Shown: positions 60,061 to 64,000 of the stretch, in pieces | How the letters are laid out: each line of letters opens with the position of its first letter | Numbering within the stretch: position 1 is the first letter of the stretch | Assembly: GCA_048013815.1 (NCBI GenBank) | Contig: CM106586.1 | Location: forward strand, 1,550,001 to 1,614,000 | Direction of reading: 5' to 3' | Source: Setoptus koraiensis | Taxonomy: Eukaryota; Animalia; Arthropoda | Length of the DNA stretch: 64,000 bases | The notes under the pieces: generated by a model | What the model was told of the DNA's origin: nothing | The model's input: the letters and a program-made list of their open reading frames with translations, nothing else | The model's database searches: none | Made by a program: the position numbers and the translations under genes

Positions 60061-62799
60061 TTAGCCATCCAACAGATGGAATTGGCCCAGACTAGCAAGA
60101 CCGGGTGGCCAGTCGGAAAGTAGCGAATCTGTTTGACCAGACGCCGTGCACAAATTTTTCAAGTGAGAAGTGGATGAGGCGGATCTCCTGTGTCCGGCTA
60201 ACTTTGCAGCCGATTCTTTCACTTTGGTTGTGTCGTTAATTGAGGCACGGCGCTGATGACGCGACGATCTTAAGGAATTTTTGTGAAGGCGCTGAAAAAC
60301 CTCGTCGAAATGTCCTGTTGGAAACAATTCGTTTAGTAGAGACTCCATCAGCACAAACACTAGGCGCCTATTAAGTGTTTCATGCTGAAACGTCTCATAC
60401 ACAAGCATCAATCCCTGGCGAGTTGTCTCGGCTCCAATAATCCTCTTCAATTCGTCCGGCAGGCTACACAATATGAGATATTTGGCCGCCACTTGTGTTC
60501 GATATTTCATTTCTTGGTCGCGCTTTGGTCTACTAGTTGCTTGCCGTCCACCAGGCCAAAAAGACTGCTTAAGTATGCTTAGGTAGCCAGCAATAGCACT
60601 GGGCTTCGTCAATTCCTCCACATATTCAACTATTTTTCTATTTATTTTGTCTCCCAGTGTAACGTGCAACAATGTTCTCAGAAATGACATAATCTGCCTA
60701 CGTAACCAAACAGCTTTTGTCTTCAATTCAAACACTTCATCCATGAGTAATAACAAAACTCTCAAAGCAATATTGTCCTCGGTATCTGTATCCAGAGCTG
60801 CCGCCACTTTAGAGTTACATGAATGTTCACTGGTTGCTGGTGAGCTTTCGAATGAACTAGATGAAAACAATCTTGCGCCTAAACTCGCTGTAGAATGAGA
60901 TTTTGTAAGACTCTTGTTGTTGTTTGCTTCGTTTTGAATGACTGGCGGTGCTCTGACCAGACCCAAATCATTGAGTAAATAACTGTAATGGGTACTCTTG
61001 CAGAATGCCTTGTAGTATCTGGCGTCATCGCGCATCATCTGAAATACATACTGTTGAACTTGATGAAACCAGTGCTGATTCACTGGAGCAGTCTTTATCT
61101 TTTTCGCCAATCTATCAATCATATCCTGATCCTTGATATCTATTTTAAAGTTTGCCCTACCTTTGATGTCAAGGTAATTCCTATGAATATCACTAGCTGC
61201 CTCGCGGAGAGCTTCAAGATTTGAAATGGCTCGATGTGAACCCATCTGGGCTCCTTCCAATTGATGTTCTACGGATATCTTGAACCCTTCGACATTCAAA
61301 TAGAAATAAGTTAAGTTTTGAGCGTCGATCGACGACATAAACTCTATGAAGTGAGACAAGGCAATATTGTCCATCATAATGGATGTCAGACTCAATTGAG
61401 GAACTAAATCCAGATCTCGGCTAGATCCTGTTGAATTGCTGTTGCCGTTCACCTGCTCGTTGTATAATTTGAGCTGACTAGTCGCCAGTTTTCTAACACT
61501 GTGATGCGGTGATGATGAGCTTGCTACAATTTTTTGCTCCAGCAACGATTGGACATAAAGCAAGCTGTTGAGTTTTTGTTTGATATCGTGATCATCTTGG
61601 CCTCCAGTGTCTTTGCCTCGTTGCACTACAATTTCACTTTTGACCATATTTAGAACGGCCCTAAGTTCGTCCTCACTCTCGGAATTGCGCAGCACCAATA
61701 TGAAGGTGTCCGTGGAGCCGGCATAGGACTTACACAACCATACAATCATTCTGTTAATGTAATCAGGTTCTGATATGAGATCTAGCAATGGTTTCAAGAT
61801 GACATTAGTCAAGATTGATCTGTTTAGCGCCCTGAGGGGCCGATTCATGAAGCAGTCGATGGGTAGTAACAGATACTGCAAGATATCACAGATGTGATTT
61901 ATGTAATTACTGGAGCCACCCGGAACTTGGCAAACATGATCGCGACATATGGTCTTTTCCATTTGGTATTCATGATCAAAAAAGTGGTCATATAATTTCT
62001 CATTATATTTAGATAACTCCTCTGGAGGGCTACCAATGGGTGGTCTAGTTTCCGCATCGAGCTTATTTTTTGCTAGTCGATAGAGTCGAAGATGTGATGC
62101 AAAATCGTCAACTAATTTAGTTGTAATAAATCCTACAGTGTCTATGGATTTGAGTCGTTTACTGAGTGACCGTATAAAATATTTGATTATGTCATATAGA
62201 TCATGTATAAACTCATTGTCATTTTCAGAGATCAATCTATACCAAGTGAGGATATAATCGCGGAATACAAGTGCCAACAAATCATTTAGTTGTGCATCAA
62301 TAATAGGATCGCCAGTGATAACGGATTTATCATACTTCTCTTCTAGGTGGTTTCTTCTAGATGGCTCATATGATGCTTGAGTGGTATCTTTTGTCGCTTC
62401 GTGAATTCTAATTGTACCCTCGCCAACTCTATAAGACAAACAAGCTTGCTTGTTGGAGGATAGCTTAATTAGGTCTTGATCATCATTTAATGAGTTTTTC
62501 ATCGCCAGAATTCTATCCAACAGGATTTTTCTATCAGTTTGTTGCACATGGTCTATAGTTTGTTCGGCGGTTTTGCGGAGCTTAAGGGGACTAGAATCAA
62601 CCAAAAACCTGGCTGTGCCATTAATTAGTATGTCGGCTTGTTCCGAGATGTAGCGTTTGTTGAAATTGAGACACGCCACAAATGCACAACCGATGCTAAG
62701 GAAGCCACCAAATATTATAACTAGGATCTTGAGATTGATAGTGACTAATATGAAGAGAGCGAGGCCCGAATAAAGCCACATATTTTTGCTGACATCCAT
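60061..62799 (-). CDS. SNX13: Sorting nexin 13-like protein (PXA-RGS-PXC), intronless, PX domain absent
   Basis: N-terminal TM hairpin; PXA (IDAQLNDLLALVFRDYILTWY..VGFITTKLVDDFASHLRLYR); RGS (DNIALSHFIEFM..YFYLNVEGFK); PXC (DNIALRVLLLLMDEVFELK..WLRRQI..LKQSFWPGG). Confidence 0.88.
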   Translation of the reverse strand: MDVSKNMWLYSGLALFILVTINLKILVIIFGGFLSIGCAFVACLNFNKRYISEQADILINGTARFLVDSSPLKLRKTAEQTIDHVQQTDRKILLDRILAMKNSLNDDQDLIKLSSNKQACLSYRVGEGTIRIHEATKDTTQASYEPSRRNHLEEKYDKSVITGDPIIDAQLNDLLALVFRDYILTWYRLISENDNEFIHDLYDIIKYFIRSLSKRLKSIDTVGFITTKLVDDFASHLRLYRLAKNKLDAETRPPIGSPPEELSKYNEKLYDHFFDHEYQMEKTICRDHVCQVPGGSSNYINHICDILQYLLLPIDCFMNRPLRALNRSILTNVILKPLLDLISEPDYINRMIVWLCKSYAGSTDTFILVLRNSESEDELRAVLNMVKSEIVVQRGKDTGGQDDHDIKQKLNSLLYVQSLLEQKIVASSSSPHHSVRKLATSQLKLYNEQVNGNSNSTGSSRDLDLVPQLSLTSIMMDNIALSHFIEFMSSIDAQNLTYFYLNVEGFKISVEHQLEGAQMGSHRAISNLEALREAASDIHRNYLDIKGRANFKIDIKDQDMIDRLAKKIKTAPVNQHWFHQVQQYVFQMMRDDARYYKAFCKSTHYSYLLNDLGLVRAPPVIQNEANNNKSLTKSHSTASLGARLFSSSSFESSPATSEHSCNSKVAAALDTDTEDNIALRVLLLLMDEVFELKTKAVWLRRQIMSFLRTLLHVTLGDKINRKIVEYVEELTKPSAIAGYLSILKQSFWPGGRQATSRPKRDQEMKYRTQVAAKYLILCSLPDELKRIIGAETTRQGLMLVYETFQHETLNRRLVFVLMESLLNELFPTGHFDEVFQRLHKNSLRSSRHQRRASINDTTKVKESAAKLAGHRRSASSTSHLKNLCTASGQTDSLLSDWPPGLASLGQFHLLDG

Positions 62800-63941
62800 C
62801 TGGTTCTGGGATTTGTTTGCATTTGCTAAGAAGATACATTAGATAAGCATGTGTGCATAATATTATCAATGCGCTGTTGTGGGATGTTAATTGATGTTAA
62901 ATGAACTGTCATTGCTGAAATGTCCAGTCCATGCTGTTTAACGGGCTTAATAATTGGTCCATTGATGAGTCTATGTAAGCGCTAATCGCTTGCCTGTAGT
63001 ATGAGTTAGACGAGCCGCGTCAGTCTTTGTGTTAGTGAGATAGCCAAGCTGGGAAAATATTCGAACGATGGGTACTTTCAAAAGGAGCCTTTTTTCAACA
63101 CATCTTTCGTCAACTAAATAATTATAATTGAATACGATAAAGAGCTTGATGACAACAGTAGTGTTTGGGGATCCGAATAAACACAAAAATAAAGGAAAGT
63201 CAATCAGCTGTTCAGCAGTTTATTTGTGAGTGCGCCGCAAATGCAAGACTCGATGCAACGAACGAAGGGTATATATGCCATATATGCCATAGACAAACAA
63301 TCGGTAAAATAATTGACTTTTCCGCCACAATTGCGAGATTGTTTGTAAAGCAATTGAGTGATCATCATCAGATTATCATCACCTAGGCTACGCGTGTTAA
63401 AACGGATAGACCACAACAGCCATATCTTTGAGAAGCTAATACCACCATCAGCTCGATACTAAACAGAGTGAGTGAGTGAGAGAGAGAGAGAGAGAGGGAG
63501 AGTCATACTACAACTTGTGCAACCACTGCTGTGTTAGTCATACAGCAAACAACAAAATCTACTGATATTGTACTAAACTTGTACAGACAGAAAGTTGATT
63601 TTGTGCCTTCCCCTTTGGCATTGAAGATATAAACAAATATATGCCAGTAAAAGCATTAGATTTATCTAGTAGTAAAGTAAGTATTACAGGGGATAAAAGT
63701 CAGTCAGGAGTGCACACTGGCAGGCAAACAGGCACAGTAATATTACATCGCAATAACACACAATCATATCTACTTGTACTAATAGAGAATATGCCCAAGT
63801 ATAAAAGCATGAATTATTATTAGTAAAAAAAAATTAATAATACTAAAATTACAGTTATTAGTACCTATTATTATTTCTATTAGAATTAGATATTGGAATC
63901 AATTTAACCCGTGATTGACAAACTAACACACACAAATAAAC

Positions 63942-64000
63942 ATGGGCAACAAATCCTCCAGTATGCTGCAGGACGATGAGATCCAGCTTATCAGCTCGGA
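63942..64000 (+). CDS. CHP1: Start of calcineurin B homologous protein (CHP1-like), truncated by the window edge
   Basis: MGNKSSSMLQDDEIQLISS has a myristoylation motif (MGxxxS) and the N-terminal pattern of arthropod CHP as I recall it (MGNKSSLFLRNEEIAQIQEE). Only 19 codons are visible. Confidence 0.65.
   Translation, partial: MGNKSSSMLQDDEIQLISS

Overview
Eukaryotic, gene-dense and intron-poor animal DNA. A LanA-type laminin, an MIP neuropeptide precursor and a Drosophila-like coronin and CHP point to an arthropod. The seven introns found are all short (102-206 nt), which fits a miniaturised mite-like genome (inference). Host genes in order: eIF5B (runs off the left edge), diacylglycerol lipase, a coronin pseudogene, TMEM138-like, ABCD3/PMP70, a small orphan ORF, MIOX, an SLC17 transporter, a half-size laminin alpha, an MIP/allatostatin-B precursor, two tandem paralogous secreted proteins of unknown family, SNX13-like, and the start of CHP1 (right edge). 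Between about 39.9 and 52.7 kb is a nested mobile-element island with a 500-N gap. It holds (i) the 3' end of an env-bearing LTR retroelement (class I fusion protein, PPT, interrupted LTR), (ii) a pogo/Tc5-like transposase remnant, (iii) at least four copies of a ~1 kb non-autonomous TIR element with 7-8 bp TSDs, copy-specific matched TIR cores and strand-polarised C(GNA)G DNA mini-hairpin clusters, (iv) a TTCGAA-rich higher-order minisatellite and ~157-bp repeats. Several host proteins have lost whole domains: laminin (L4, LG2-5), SNX13 (PX) and probably DAGL (TM helices). All calls come from manual reading; no database search was run.
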